Part shown: positions 13,667-26,840 of the stretch, one piece after another
Position numbering within the stretch: position 1 is the stretch's first letter
How the letters are laid out: every line of letters starts with the position of its first letter
NCBI GenBank assembly: GCA_004764695.1
Contig: SMSO01000004.1
Span: 2,258,397-2,322,396, forward strand
DNA: 64,000 nucleotides
Origin: Schizochytrium sp. TIO01
Lineage: Eukaryota > Protista > Bigyra: Labyrinthulomycetes
Reading direction: 5' to 3'
Translations under genes and position numbers: made by a program
The notes under the pieces: generated by a model
The model's input: the letters and a program-made list of their open reading frames with translations, nothing else
Database searches by the model: none
Told to the model about the DNA's origin: nothing

Positions 13667-14354
13667 ACAAAACCGCTCCTACTTCATTCTGTATGTGTCT
13701 GTGTGTTTCTATGCTAGATTATTTCAATTAGTTTTCTTTTGTTGTGTAAGGTTGTTTGTTTGTTTGTTTGTTTGTTTGTTTTACCTCAAAGAAAGTCTTA
13801 CAAAGATCAAAATTATATTTGTTACATATGATAGCTAGCTTGATAATGTACACACATTTGGGATGCTCGCGTAAAATTCATGACTTTAAAGATTGTTAAT
13901 CCTAACTAATAGTTTTTCTTTCTTTTATTTTTTCCGTGAATTTTTACTCTCTATTATTGACATTATTTTCAACGGTAAAAGTGACACGATCCTTATTCAA
14001 TGAATGTGACTGGTTTATGAAGTGTACATCATTTTTTAAAAATATGCAATGGGTCGGATAATAAATGTGCAGAATTTCCAATTGAAATGTTAATATGCTA
14101 CAAAGGGTTGTCAGGACCCAAACTGTGTACTGATGAAAAAACATTCAAGACATATTGTGGTTTTTGCTTAATGTTCGATATGCCTCTCTGGCCATGTTGC
14201 CACGTAGTCGATGGGCTAGTATTTGGGCTCGGAACCAACGCCACCTTCTTGAATTCCAGTCTGGGCACGTACAATAAGTACCCTCACCTCTCAATATGGA
14301 TGCACCCAAATGAATATACCGATGATTTATTACCCCGGTACTGTGAAGTTAGTT

Positions 14355-15956
14355 TTACTCTACAAGCAAATTTGCTTTTGGCTCCTTGCGCATACGAGCA
14401 ATGTACTCTGAGAAGGAAGACCCTTTGAATCCAATATAAATAAAAGCCCGTGCACAAATTAATTGCTCAACAATACCAAGGATATCGTTTTGCAAGCGAT
14501 TTTGTTCAGGTTTTGGAAACACCGCGTGCAATCTTTCTAATACAGGTTCTGGGATATCAGCTGATAAGAGAACTTGAAAACTGTGGGTGAGATTTGCGAA
14601 AACTTTGCGGCTAATTGTAGGCTTGGTGGCAATGTAAACCTGCTGAAACATTTCGTGTCTCAGATCTGCCTCTGCGATTGCAAGCCAGATCTCCCGGAGA
14701 AGGTAGCCACCGGGATCAATAATTGCTTGGTTCGAAGGCAAGTACTTGGTGGAAAACCCATTTGCATGCTGGATTTTAGGAGCCGCAGTTGAAGGACTCA
14801 TGGCGAGTTTATTCTCCCCTTCTTGAGAATTCTTTTCATTATTGTAATATGACTCCTGGGCAGCCTCTGTTGCATTCGCTCGCCGTTCCTCCCACTTTTC
14901 ACCGTGGTCGCTCGGCCGGGAATGCACCGCAACGTAATTCCTTCCCAAGCCCAGGCTATTGGCCACATCCAGTGATAAAGCTCGGAAAAATGGAGCATAG
15001 CGAATAAACGGGAACACCTCATACTCAAAGTGTCGCGAAAATCGTTGCCACATGGTCGGTCCAGCAAAATAAATGACACGAGCCGGATGAGTTACAAGCG
15101 CGGTAATGTTGTCCAACGTCAGGGGTGCCTTTCGCCTTTCTGATCGTGTTTGCTCTACAACATACCATTCTTCCTCCGTCGGAAAACTAGTGTGGAGGAT
15201 CTCAATAATGTTTTCAAAAGTAATTTCAGCCGCAAAGGCCTCTTGGTAATTTTGAATGAACTCGAAATCAAGAATACGATCCATGGCCATAGTTTCATTG
15301 CCATCTAGTTTGTTGTAGTTTTTGTACATACTTGAGTGACGACCTGCAGGGGGCACGATGCAGATTCTATTCAGAAGCTTACAAATCCGAAGGGCTCGCT
15401 CGAGAATAATCCTTTGATTGTTGAATCCTCCACTTGGTTGAAATACGAACCATTTTCGCGACTTCACGTCAGCTGGGCTCAGTTCCTCAAACCTTTTGCC
15501 GTTGTGCGTCCTAGGTGCACCTGCAAATCTATCCGCAAGAAACTCTGAGGAAGATTTTGCCTCCTGCTGATGATGATGCCTCAAATCTTGGCTCGGGTAC
15601 AGCCTTGGGATTTTCACTTGTTTCTCCGCTCGGTGATATTTTGCTGGTTTCGAAGAGTGCTGTCTCTGTTGCTCCTGGACTTCAGTGTTTGGGTGTTGAC
15701 TACTTTCAAAATATCTTGGCTGGGCCTGCTGCAAGAGGTCGGTGTTAAGTGCTTGAGGCAACCAGCTTGCTGCAGGGTTTTCTGCAGAGCCTCCTGTCGA
15801 TGAGAGCTCCTGGGGACGCGAGTGAATTGTTGCAAAGTACTCCATCAGAGTCTCTGCGACAAGCAACGCCAGGCCGACCACGACGAGCATATGCGCACAG
15901 CGCTTCCATCGCCGCGCAGCAGACAAGCTGGGCGTGTGTGGGTTTATCGGCTTCAT
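14355..15956 (-). CDS. O-fucosyltransferase-family (GT-B) type II membrane glycosyltransferase
   Basis: N-terminal TM helix (LVVVGLALLVA), stem, then GGFNNQR, YVAVHSRPSD and EQLICARAFIYIGFKGSSFS. The start at ATG 15956 is inferred. Confidence 0.8.
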   Translation of the reverse strand: MKPINPHTPSLSAARRWKRCAHMLVVVGLALLVAETLMEYFATIHSRPQELSSTGGSAENPAASWLPQALNTDLLQQAQPRYFESSQHPNTEVQEQQRQHSSKPAKYHRAEKQVKIPRLYPSQDLRHHHQQEAKSSSEFLADRFAGAPRTHNGKRFEELSPADVKSRKWFVFQPSGGFNNQRIILERALRICKLLNRICIVPPAGRHSSMYKNYNKLDGNETMAMDRILDFEFIQNYQEAFAAEITFENIIEILHTSFPTEEEWYVVEQTRSERRKAPLTLDNITALVTHPARVIYFAGPTMWQRFSRHFEYEVFPFIRYAPFFRALSLDVANSLGLGRNYVAVHSRPSDHGEKWEERRANATEAAQESYYNNEKNSQEGENKLAMSPSTAAPKIQHANGFSTKYLPSNQAIIDPGGYLLREIWLAIAEADLRHEMFQQVYIATKPTISRKVFANLTHSFQVLLSADIPEPVLERLHAVFPKPEQNRLQNDILGIVEQLICARAFIYIGFKGSSFSEYIARMRKEPKANLLVE

Positions 15957-18139
15957 CCTTACCCACGTGCAGCAGCGTTGCCTTGCAGCATCCACGGCTG
16001 CCCAGTGATTCAAGTTTGAGTGTGCCTTTGTGCTTCCGCAGAGCCCGAGTCGAAGTCTGTCTCAAGTCTCACTAGAAATTGTTTTCAACTCATCAATTTC
16101 TTTTAAATTAAAAGAGAGAAAAACAAACAAGGGTCCATTTTCTCCTATGCCCACACTACCTTTTACCTTAATGGTACCCACGGCTTTTTCATTCTCTTTT
16201 TTCAAACTTCCATTTGGCTACGAATTAGGAAGAAGAAGGTGTCCGCTGTTCTTTTCTAATTTCTTTCATCAAGTTTTTCTTGCAGTCTTGCCTTGCCAAG
16301 CTGCTTGCTCCTTTCTCTTGTAACTAGGCCTCGACATTCGTTCGCTCCCGGCAAACTCGCGACCCCGAGGTCCTGCCTATGGTTTTGGCCGCTGCTCAAG
16401 CATATTGAAAGCGCCCGCCATCTGCATGGCATCGAGGGCGGCAAAGGCATTTCCGCTGTTATGGCTCTCCCTCCTTCTATTCATTACATCTTCTCTTCTC
16501 TCCTCTTCTCTTCTCTTCCTTTCTCTCGCGTTTCTTCTCACATGACTGTAGTAGATGCCTACCCAGTGCTAGCCTTTCCAGTAGCACCCTCTACTGCCAT
16601 CGAGTATACGGTGCGGGTGGTGCGTTTGCACAAGACCGCGCGAGGACCCTTGCTTTGCTCTGCTTTGCTTTGCTTTGCTTTGCTTTGTTTTTGCCGGTCT
16701 GTCCGTACGTCTGCCTGTTCATGTTATGAGGCGCTTTGGAGCCAAGGACCACTTCAAGAATGCAAGACATCCTAAGCACCTAAATAAACTCCCGGGGAAC
16801 AAAGCACGACTCGGGGGTGAAGTCCGTAGTATAATCTGCTCTGGCACTGTTTACATCTAGCGAGAGCTCAGCTGTTGTCCTTTTTATGAGCCGCAGCAGT
16901 AACGCTCTGCTCTGCCACCGATCATGCACATCAGAAAAGATTCAAGCTCAATTGACTTTTGTTTGCTTCGATTAAGTCTGTGTGACGATAACGCCATATA
17001 TCATGTATCATTCCATTTGATCTGGTCTGCCGATCTGATTTCAAGGTCCCCAGAGTCGACAAGAATTATGCATCAGCTTAAACCTAAAACGTTAAAATGT
17101 GCGATCAGAGTCCCAGGTTTACCTCTCCTTTCGAGCGCACGGAGGTGCCTGGGGAATGGGATCTACTTGCAAATTGCAAGGCGAGTGGGTAGCTAGGGGA
17201 ACTTGAGAGCCTGAGGTCTCCTTTTACTTGAGAACGCCGTCTTTAAATGTCAGGTACCAAGGCAGTGCTACGTCACACCGAGCAGTTAGATGCCCGTACT
17301 GGCTTGGCTCCGATAAATGGCTGTCGCAGGTGGCAGTGCACTTGCATTTTGGGTCCTTTGTACTACGCTCTGCTTTTCAAGCTCCTCCAAGCAGTCGGCT
17401 AGGCATTCAGGCCCTCGCCAAAACCGCCCGAGTTGTGCGAAGTCTTCTCTTCTCCTGCAACTTGCGTGCGACTGCTTCGCTCATGCGGTCCATCTTGACG
17501 CATTCTCTTCTCGTTCAGGAGATCAGGCGCCTTTGCAAAGCAAGATCCACTCGATGCTGGAACATGATAGAAAGATGCTAATGAAGGCCAAAAGGATGGA
17601 ATCTCGAACGTGGTCTTCTTCAGTCGCCGTTGTGCGATACGGCAGTTGCGGAGAGGATAACTCCTCAGCATCGGAAATAGGCCCAGTTCAAGGAGAGCTG
17701 TTTGTTTGGCGAGTACTCTTTCCTTTTTCTTCAACGTTACCTCTGCAGTCACATCACGAGGTCCGGTATTAGGAAATCTCCACAGCGACTTGACAGAGGG
17801 TCACCCTTTCAGAACGAATATGGACTAGCTAACTAGTAGTAGTGCATAGCATTGTTGATTTTGGTTTTGTTTCTCTCAAGCTCCCCTGAGGATCATACTT
17901 TAATAAACTTTATAAATTGTAAGAAATCAAAAGTTTGTTCCCAAGGACTCTTTCTTTTGCTCCTGAGTAACGTGGTTCTGGGTGGAGTCAACAGATGGAG
18001 TTTACAAACGTTCCCGTACTCACTCCAAGTGAAAAGCCGGGAACCTGAAGACGCCCTTGAGCCCTGAAAACCCTCCAGAGCTGACTAGGTAGGTAGGTAC
18101 CCTAGGGAGCCTTTCGAAGATTTACTATTTTAATTCAGC

Positions 18140-18312
18140 CTGTAATCAGGTAGATAGATAGATACCATCGAAACTGAATGATTGAATGATGTTGAATGAT
18201 TGATCGATTGAATGAAGTTGAATGATTGATCGATTGAATGATATTGAATGATCTTATGATCAAAAGAATCAACAAATGACTTGGAATGAATGAATGAATG
18301 AATGAATGAATG
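18140..18312. repeat. Degenerate (GAAT/GATT)n microsatellite
   Basis: Visible simple repeats. Confidence 0.75.
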
Positions 18313-21300
18313 ACTCTCAGTAAAGATCTTATCATCATCTCCGAACGAAAGGCTTTGCACTCAGCTTCGTATCGGCTAGCTATAAACCTCGCAAGCTTTA
18401 TAAAAACTTGATGAGCTGGCTAAGTGAAAGTTGAACTTGATTGTTTATATTTGTAGGTGGGTGTGTAGGTGCTCCCATCGTAGGTCGTAGGTCGTAGGTT
18501 GTAGATTGTAGGTCGTGGGGCACAAGGCACAAGGCACGGATCGCCGAAGCCTCGGCTGCTTTATGATAGCTTTCATTCTTGGAGTTTGTCGTTCGGGCAA
18601 GTGAAAGTTCTGCACAACCAACATTCTTGGCAGCGAAATGGGCTTAGAAAGAAAGAGCCGCGTGTTGAGGTAGAGATCATGTTCGAGCTGTTGAGATTAA
18701 TGAGAAGCACTATCACTGGGTGGTCAGAGCGGAGGCTTACCCTAGAAATCTTGTGACTTGAAGAAAATGCAAGGCAAATGTAAAAGCGACCTTTTGTTTT
18801 GGTGTTCTTCAAGTTGTTTTTGTGAAGATGCTACATCATTACTATATACTCAATAGTAGTACCCAACTAGTTCGCAGCGCCGTGCCACTTTCATCACTAT
18901 GAGTTCGAGCGATTCTTTGGGTACGCAGACTGTGCTCCTATCATGGATTGTTGGATTGCTTCGACTTTTATGACAGCCAAAGCAAGTAAGTATCACCGCT
19001 GATCGAGACTCTGGGGCAGCGAGCCACGTGTTGACACAAGACTTAGCATATGCAATGAATCAGAGTGGTTTGGTGGCCGCCTGTTGATGATGTGACAGTA
19101 TGCAGTTAGCTACCTTAGTCTATCGAGCTGTCCATTTATTTCACTGCTTCCGGCAGGTGTTCCTTGGTCTCTTCGTCCTGTTGATATGTCATATTAGTGC
19201 AGCATAGTTAAAATCAATTTCAAAATGCGGACAGACAAACTGCAATATATACATTCACCACTGCAACTCACAGAAGGAAATCGAACACTTTCTAGCAAGA
19301 TAGTGGCTTGAATAAATGAACGTGAATGAATCCATTTTGAGAAGCAGTGTAAGTCGTGGGCAATAGAGTAGGCCTAGCTATGCCTTACTACCATTGAAAA
19401 TCCCTTGACTGACCTTAGAGTACATAGAGCTGAACCAATTGTGGAATTTCAACTAATGCATTGATCAAATGAGTAAACCGATACGTCGAACGGCCCGCGT
19501 GTGACAAATGAAGTACCGTCCCTTGTCGTAAACGCATAAGAGCACATGGAAGTGAGAACAATGGAGTATTTTAGATCATGCTTTCTTATTTTTTGTTTTC
19601 TTTGCAATGAGCAATAGTAAGTACTAGGTATTCCTGTTAACTCTTCAGGACATCCTGCTTGGGGGTTTTAGGGCCCTGCTTTATGGAACACAATCTCCTC
19701 CTAGACAGTGCTCAAGACGCTCGCATAATGTAAGTAGTTTGCAAAGATTTCTGGCCAAGTAGTACATCTGCATTCTTGGTAGCCAATAGCTATTCGTGGC
19801 GATCCCTCTACCTTTTTATGTCAATAAAAAAATTCAAGTCAAAGAATCGGGCAAACAAAGGCATCACGTACTAACCTTTTAAAATGTACAAGGAAGAATC
19901 AATGGTAGGTCGGGTCTATCGACAAGGATCTTGCTTTTTATGCCACAGATCTGCATTTTCCTCTTTGCCTGGTTTTTAGAAGAAATGTGTTTAGGAAATG
20001 ATAGATCATGACTTGCTGGCCATTGCTGACTGGTTGCGGGAATATCTCAAATTGTTTTGATGATTCACCCATGAAAATAGAAAAGAATGTATTTAAGAAG
20101 CTGCAAGGTGCCTGCTCTACAGGGAAAGAACCATGCAATACAGCAACCTTTAGCCTGAGGTAAAACTGCACTTCCAACCCCCGAGTTTTTCGATAGACCT
20201 GTGAAAGATTAGTGATGTAACATCCAGCTAGGTGTCTTATCCTAACTCTTCGGTCTTAGACGCTGTGGCCCGACACGATACATTCATTCTGTTTGTATGC
20301 AGGACCTCGAGAACCTAAAGATCATTTTTTTTTCTCTATCCCCCTCATAAGCAGGCTTCTGTACATCACTTCACCAAAGTTCATCACCTTGTCAGACTAC
20401 CTCTATATGTTCCACTACACAAGCTAATCTGTAATATAGACACCTTTTGCTTTTCTAATCTTCTTTTACTTTCTATTCTAAATCATGTCTAGCAGAGGAT
20501 TTTGCCCTCTAATCTACTGTTAGACTGACAATTTAAGAGTTTTATGGTAAGCTCTTTTTTTTTTAAACGTCCGTACTTCGTTTTGCGAGCCCTTGGTTCT
20601 TGGTTGACCATCAGAATGCAGAAAGCTAATGAGCAGCCGGAGATTGAACGAGAGGATGTGGGTAAGGATTTTTGAAAGCATGACACGACTTAAGGAGGCA
20701 TTGTGTACTTAGGCTTATAGAGGTAAAAATCTGCTGATGTTGGAGATGAACAGCCAGGTGAGCTGGTTCAGGTCATAATTAACAGACTATTTCAGACTTA
20801 AACTATTACACAGAACACAAGGGGCTGGGTGAACTGGCTTCCTCAACCATTAATCCAAGTCTTCCTTTATATGTTTCCTTGGTTTTGTGGCGCACTTTTA
20901 TACTAGAGTTCCCTTGACTCCGCACCTTTGATAGTCACTAATATACAGAGATTAATAGGTTAGGACTGACAATATTGTGCTAAGGAGTCTAGTAAGGTAT
21001 GTGGGTAAGCTCGGCACAACGTCAAAACTAATGTCATGCAGTGTTGTGATCTTTAACTCGATCTCATTTAATTTCATGTTTTGGAAAGCTTTATGTACCT
21101 TCGTCAAAAGTTACATCTGAAACTAAGTATTCTTCCACTCGTAACAGCGATCAACCTGGAGAATTGCGTAAATGTCTTCTCGTAATTGTGGACGACGCAT
21201 ATGTTTAGCGATTATGTGAAGACTATTGTGCTGTTAAAATACAGACTCGCTTTACGCCCCTGCCACATGGTACGAATGGCCTTAGATTGGCCTGGAACAA

Positions 21301-21459
21301 CTCCTGCATGGAAATACGTTTTTCATTCATTGCTTTAGAACATGAAACAGGGGGCAAGTTGGCTCGTGAATGCATTAGATCAATATGACGGAAATAATTA
21401 GATTATGAACGATGTGATCGGCATACATATTGTTGTTACAATGTTGACTAGGAAATAAA

Positions 21460-22818
21460 TCAGAGTTTAGCGAGAACCTCAGGGTCTGTAGGTGGGTTGC
21501 GTTTGTGCACAGGACCACGATGAATATAACCTGGAAGGTTATAAAGGGAGTGCTTGTTGCGTTTTTGATCACGCAGCTCGAGCCGAGCAACAGTGCGCCA
21601 ATGAACCTCATCAGGCCCATCTGCAAAACGCAACCAACGAGCTCCGGAGAAGGCCATAGGAAGAAAGCTGTCTTGAGAGATGCCCATGGCTCCATGAACC
21701 TGCATAGCTCGGTCACAAATTTGTTGAACCACAGCAGGCACAACAGCCTTGCACATCGAGAGCTCTTTACGGACCTTCAGATTACCATCTACATCCAGGC
21801 GGTGAGCAGTCTGACGAACCAGCATGCGCGCCATGTCAAGCTCTGCGCGGCACTTGGCAATATCCTGCAAAATTGTGTCAAAGTCGGAGAGTTTTTTGCC
21901 AAAGGCAACGCGACTCTCAGCACGGTTACACATAGCAGCAATAGCGCGCTCAGCAGAGCCGATCAGACGCATGCAATGATGGATGCGGCCGGGCCCAAGG
22001 CGTGCCTGAGAAATTTCAAAGCCTTTGCCTTCGCCGGCAAGAACGTTCTCAATTGGCACAATGACATCCTCAAAGAGAATCTCTACATGGCCCTTGGGTG
22101 CGTCAGAGTCTCCAAAGGTTTGCATAGGGCGCACAATTGTAATGCCTGGGGTGTCAGCAGGAACAAGAATCATAGACTGCTGCTGGAAAGGGGCAGCATT
22201 GGGATCTGTTTTGCCCATAAGGATGAAAATCTTACAATGGCTCGACCCCGCTCCCGTGATCCACCACTTACGACCATTGATAACATAATGCCCTCCGCGA
22301 CGCTCGATGCTTATGCTAATGTTGCTGGCATCACTACTGGCGACCGCAGGCTCAGTCATGGCAAAAGCAGACTTAATTTCTCCATCAAGGAGAGGCTTGA
22401 GCCACTTGGCTTTCTGCTCGGCATTGCCATAACGAGCAATGGTTTCCATGTTTCCAGTATCAGGAGAGGAGCTGTTCGTTGCCTCAGCAGCAAATTCCAT
22501 GTGGGAGCTTGTACCCAGGATTTCGCAGATTTCGGCATACTGCTCATTGTTGAGGCCGGCTCCTTCATAACCTTCACCTGCCATACGTGCGGTATCGTTA
22601 GGAAGCCAAAGGTTCCAGAGACCCTGCTTTTTGGCCTCTGCCATGAGCTCTACAAGAATTGGAGCGTAACGCCACTGGTCAGCAGGGAGGTGTTCCATGG
22701 CCTTATTCTGCTCCGCAAAGAGCTGCTCGTTGGGGTAGATGTGCTCATGCATAAACTTCCACACCTTATCCTTGAGCGCCTCAAACTTGCTCGTCTCCAT
22801 AGCTTCTGCGAGAACCAT
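21460..22818 (-). CDS. Acyl-CoA dehydrogenase (ACAD10/11-like ACAD domain), C-terminal PTS1 -AKL
   Basis: GLWNLWLP, SPDTGNME, SAFAMTEPAVASSDA, INGRKWW, RLGPGRIHHCMR, RFADGPDEVH. Confidence 0.93.
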   Translation of the reverse strand: MVLAEAMETSKFEALKDKVWKFMHEHIYPNEQLFAEQNKAMEHLPADQWRYAPILVELMAEAKKQGLWNLWLPNDTARMAGEGYEGAGLNNEQYAEICEILGTSSHMEFAAEATNSSSPDTGNMETIARYGNAEQKAKWLKPLLDGEIKSAFAMTEPAVASSDASNISISIERRGGHYVINGRKWWITGAGSSHCKIFILMGKTDPNAAPFQQQSMILVPADTPGITIVRPMQTFGDSDAPKGHVEILFEDVIVPIENVLAGEGKGFEISQARLGPGRIHHCMRLIGSAERAIAAMCNRAESRVAFGKKLSDFDTILQDIAKCRAELDMARMLVRQTAHRLDVDGNLKVRKELSMCKAVVPAVVQQICDRAMQVHGAMGISQDSFLPMAFSGARWLRFADGPDEVHWRTVARLELRDQKRNKHSLYNLPGYIHRGPVHKRNPPTDPEVLAKL

Positions 22819-24066
22819 CTTGCCTAGCTGATTTCGCTCGTTTCAAGATATTTTCGTCCCTGTCGAGGTTTGCGGATTGCTCGCCTACGAACTTCAAGTT
22901 CATAAGCTTTTTCTTACATACTAGTACTACTACCAGAGCCGATAGATACTCCTAACCACCCTAGGACTTATCCGCTAGTACATCTTTTAAAGACAAGTCA
23001 GTTGCTCTCTTTTCCTGTGTGCTTGCGATTCAAGTTCAAGTTGTTGACAAAGTTTGCAGTGCATTACTGTGGAGTAGTAGTAGTAGTAGCTTTCTCCATG
23101 CCAAACTTGCAGCAACATATTGACTTTGGGAAAGGAAACGAAACGAGGGCAAAAGAAGAAGGTAATCTTCGCACTATTTCCTGAAAGATACTAGTACTAA
23201 TCTTTCGCCGGTGTAGGACTAGCAGTCCTCTGTAATAATACCAGTAAGAGTGGAAATTTAATCTCAGTCCGACTTCTTTCATCCCAATCCTTACTTCGCT
23301 CCGCTCATGGCCAACGAGCGGACTCTGTTTTCATTTAATTCATTGCCTCTTTTCTCAAAACATGGCTTGACGAGTAAATCTGTTCGCGCAGGTTTACAGT
23401 GCGCACCGTCCGGGACGATTCGGGCGTACTGATGGTGATTTGTCTCAGGTTTGATTCATATCATTCCTGTCATCGATTGCAATGATTGTGGAGGTGTGGT
23501 AGTAGTACCTAACTATCTACTAGTCATGATTTTTTCCTAAATAATCAATCAGTGGTCAAGTGTTTTTGCTTGAGTTTTTTTAACCAAGTTATTAAAAAGA
23601 TGAACTCAATACCTCTGACTACTAGTGAGGATGTCTGTTGGATTACCTATTCTACGTGGTATCTAGCTAGAGAGTACTTGACATGAGCTTTAATTTGCGA
23701 GCAAGTACCTACCATGTTTTGCACGGTGATCTTCACAAAGGAGAGTTCAGGAAAAATTAAAATTAAATTTGGTGCTACTCTCAATAGCTAGAGGTTACTA
23801 CTATCAGTTACTTCGCTTTAAATCAGAACATATTAGCCTTTTTTTTCTTTCTTTTTTAAAAATCAACTATTGCTTAATTATGGTTGTGATGCGACGGAAG
23901 AGGTGCCTGTGAGCTAACTTTGAATACTTGGGAAGGGAGTCCACTTAAAACAGTGCCCGCGTCTACTTGGTGTTGTGCCAACTTCATTCGCACTTAATGA
24001 ATAGGTCTTATATTTTAAATCCAACTTTTAGCATAAAGACATGTAAATAATAAACGGTGATGGTTC

Positions 24067-25228
24067 TCAAAATTTGCTCTTGTGCATGGATGAATGCAAG
24101 GGCATAGGGGTCAAGTCCCCTGTCAAATGGGATTTTGGAAGGGGCTCTAAGTAAGCTTTGATTGTCTCGGCGGATATAGGTGGGTGCCTCCATTGTGGTT
24201 TGTTATCCTTATCCACCAAGACAGCCCTCACCCCTTCGAAGAAGTCACTGTCTGTATCTTCCAATAGTCTTTGCACGATGCGGTACTCGCCGACGAGAGC
24301 GTCCAAGAGTGTAACTTCTGGTTGGCTGTGTCTGTGAAAGACCTCAAAGGTGATCTTTAATGAGGACGGTGACCGTGCCTTCAACATCTCCAGCGTCTCC
24401 TTGGCGAACGCAGCATCATCCTCAGCAGCGCTCTCCACGGTCGCCCTTAGCTCTGCAAAGATTTCCTCCACGGAGCGCATTTCCATCGTAAAGCATCTCT
24501 TCAGGACATCTTCGTGCTTCTTCAAGCGTGGCACCTCATCTATCCCCCATGCCAGCTCCCTCATAAGCTCCTCCACAGTCTCCCTTGTAAGCCCTTCGCG
24601 CCTTCCAGCCTCCTCTAGTCGTGCGCAGAGCTGCGAAATATCCTCCGAGCGAATGGCGTGTGTAGCAAGTCCTGTCCACAAGCAGTCTGCGGGGCCAAGA
24701 TGTGCGCCTGAGAGCGAGATGTAGAGACCCACGTGGGCTCCCCTCTGAATACGTGGGAAGAGCAAAGGAGGCACCAACATCAGGCACAAAGCCGATGTTG
24801 GTTTCGGGCATAGCAAAGCGCGTGCGAGGCGTGGCAACGCGGAAGGCTCCATGCAGAGAGAGACCAACGCCGCCGCCCATGGTGACCCCATCCCAGAGCG
24901 AGATCTGCAATAGGCCGGCGTCACGGAGGTTACCGATGAGCGCGTTGAGGCGGTACTCCTCGAAGAAGAAGTCAGCGTGAGCTCGACCACAAGACAGAGC
25001 ACTCGAGCGAGCGGTAACAACGTCGCCACCAGCACAGAAAGCTTTACCTTCGCCGCGAAGAATCACACAAGCTGGGCGGGTGGAATCGTCGCGAGCCCAA
25101 TCGGCAAACCAGCTTTGCAGCGGCAGGATCATGTCCAGGTTAAGTGAGTTGAATTTTGCCGGTCGACGCAGAGTCACCTGTGCGATAGCACGGTTAGGGA
25201 GGACATCTAGGGTCACGGGAGTGGACAT
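24067..25228 (-). CDS. 3-hydroxyisobutyryl-CoA hydrolase-like crotonase; one apparent +1 frameshift at ~24755; ends -SKF
   Basis: KAFCAGGDV, WDGVTMGGGVGLS, FAMPETNIGFVPDVG, DFFEGVRAVLVDKDNKPQW. The two ORFs join as ...SFALPRIQRG... on deleting one C. Confidence 0.85.
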
Positions 25229-25663
25229 TGCAAGCAATTGAGGTGTGAAGCCAAGAGTGCTTGCGCTGATTTGATCGGTCAATTCAAAGGTTGGAAATGA
25301 AATGGTATTGCTAGTTTCGTTCTTCCTCTGCTCTTTTCTTTCTTTTCTTCTTTCTTTTTTGTACTTCCATATCTATCTTACTTAGCACCAACTAATTAAA
25401 AAATAATAATAGTTTAAAAGTTAATGAAGTGATTCTTTAATTTTTCTAGCTAGCACGTAATGTGCTTATTCGCTAGGATCGGGCCTATTGGCACTTCTGC
25501 TTCATGTAGTGATGCTTTGTCTGGCTCGGGAAAGATGGTTCTTCAGAGAGCACAAGACGATTGCGTATAAACAAGACTGTGAAGTTCTCTCATGTGTTCA
25601 CTAACAACAGTACATGACACAGAATAAGCAAACAAACAAAATATAAAGAGTTTAAATTCTCAT

Positions 25664-26840
25664 TTAAAGCTTAGAGCTCGTGGGCATGGTTGCATCAGAA
25701 GAGCAGATGACCACAGCTTTGCCCGTGACTTTACGCTCCATTAGGTCGCGAAGGGCACGGCCTGCTTCTTGAAGAGGATAAGTCTGTGTAACAAGCGGAC
25801 GCAGCTTCCCTTGTGAAACCCAGTCAAGTAGAAGCTCAATGTTCTGACGGTGGAGTTGAGGTTCTTTCTCAGTGAATGCACCCCAGAACACGCCTACAAT
25901 GGCAGCGCCTTTAAGGAGAGCAAGGTTAAGTGGGATACGCGGAATCTGACCTCCAGCAAATCCAATGACGAGGCTTTAAGTGACAAGAAGGTAGCCCCGT
26001 GTTTATTTGTATCACACCGTTGCAAAGTCAGCAACAGGGAAATCATGCAAAGATAAAATGCAGTGTGTTAGTCTATGAATACAATTTAAACCCCCTACAA
26101 TTTAGCTCTGCTCTGAATGAATACTTTCTAACTTACTATCGACCCTTCCACGCCAATGAGCGAATAGCTGGCTCGGCGAATTTATCTCCAACAGGGTCGT
26201 AGACAACATCAACACCACGACCCTTTGTGATTTCGCGAACTCTTTCCTTTAGATCTTCCTTTGAGTAGTTGATGAGGTAGTCAGCACCATAGGAACGGCA
26301 TACCTCGAGCTTCTCGGGAGTTGATGCAGCTGCAATAACTGTGGCACCCATCGCCTTGGCAATGTCCACAGCAGCAATGCCCACACCGCCTGCTGCTCCT
26401 AGAACAAGCACAGTTTCGCCGGCCTTAAGATCAGCACGCTGCATGAAAGCATGAATTGTAGTGCCATAAGTCATCATGATGCCACTGGCAGTGGCATCAT
26501 CAACAGCATCCGGAACCTTGACGAGTTTAGACTCGGGTGCCACGACTTGCTCTGCGAAAGCACCCCAGCCGGTCATGCAAGTGACTCGGTCGCCAACCTT
26601 GAAGTTCGAGACTCCAGGCCCAGTCTTAGCAATGACTCCCGAACACTCACCTCCTGGTGCAAACGGCATGGTGGGCTTGAATTGATATTTTCCTTGGATG
26701 ATCAAAACATCAGGGAAGTTTACACCAGCACATTTGACGTTCACGAGCACCTGGCCCTTGCCAGGCTCTTGCAGCTTCAAATCGCCAACCTTGAGATCCT
26801 CGGGCGTACAAAACTTATCTACTACAATACCGCGAGCCAT
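25664..26840 (-). CDS. NADPH:quinone oxidoreductase / MDR-family reductase; 2 exons (26840-26137, 25973-25664); ends -SKL
   Basis: GVNFPD, VLGAAGGVG, DVVYDPVG. A 163-nt intron GTAAGT...AAG (26136-25974) restores KGRYLVIGFAGG. Confidence 0.92.

Noticed and set aside
16293-17772. 160-aa and 151-aa ORFs
   Set aside because: No recognisable domain or codon bias; cannot be supported without transcripts.
18400-21400. 3-kb gap as a possible viral or transposon insertion
   Set aside because: No long ORF, terminal repeats or hallmark motifs visible; left unexplained.
21505-22827. 440-aa plus-strand ORF
   Set aside because: Antisense shadow of the acyl-CoA dehydrogenase; no recognisable motifs.
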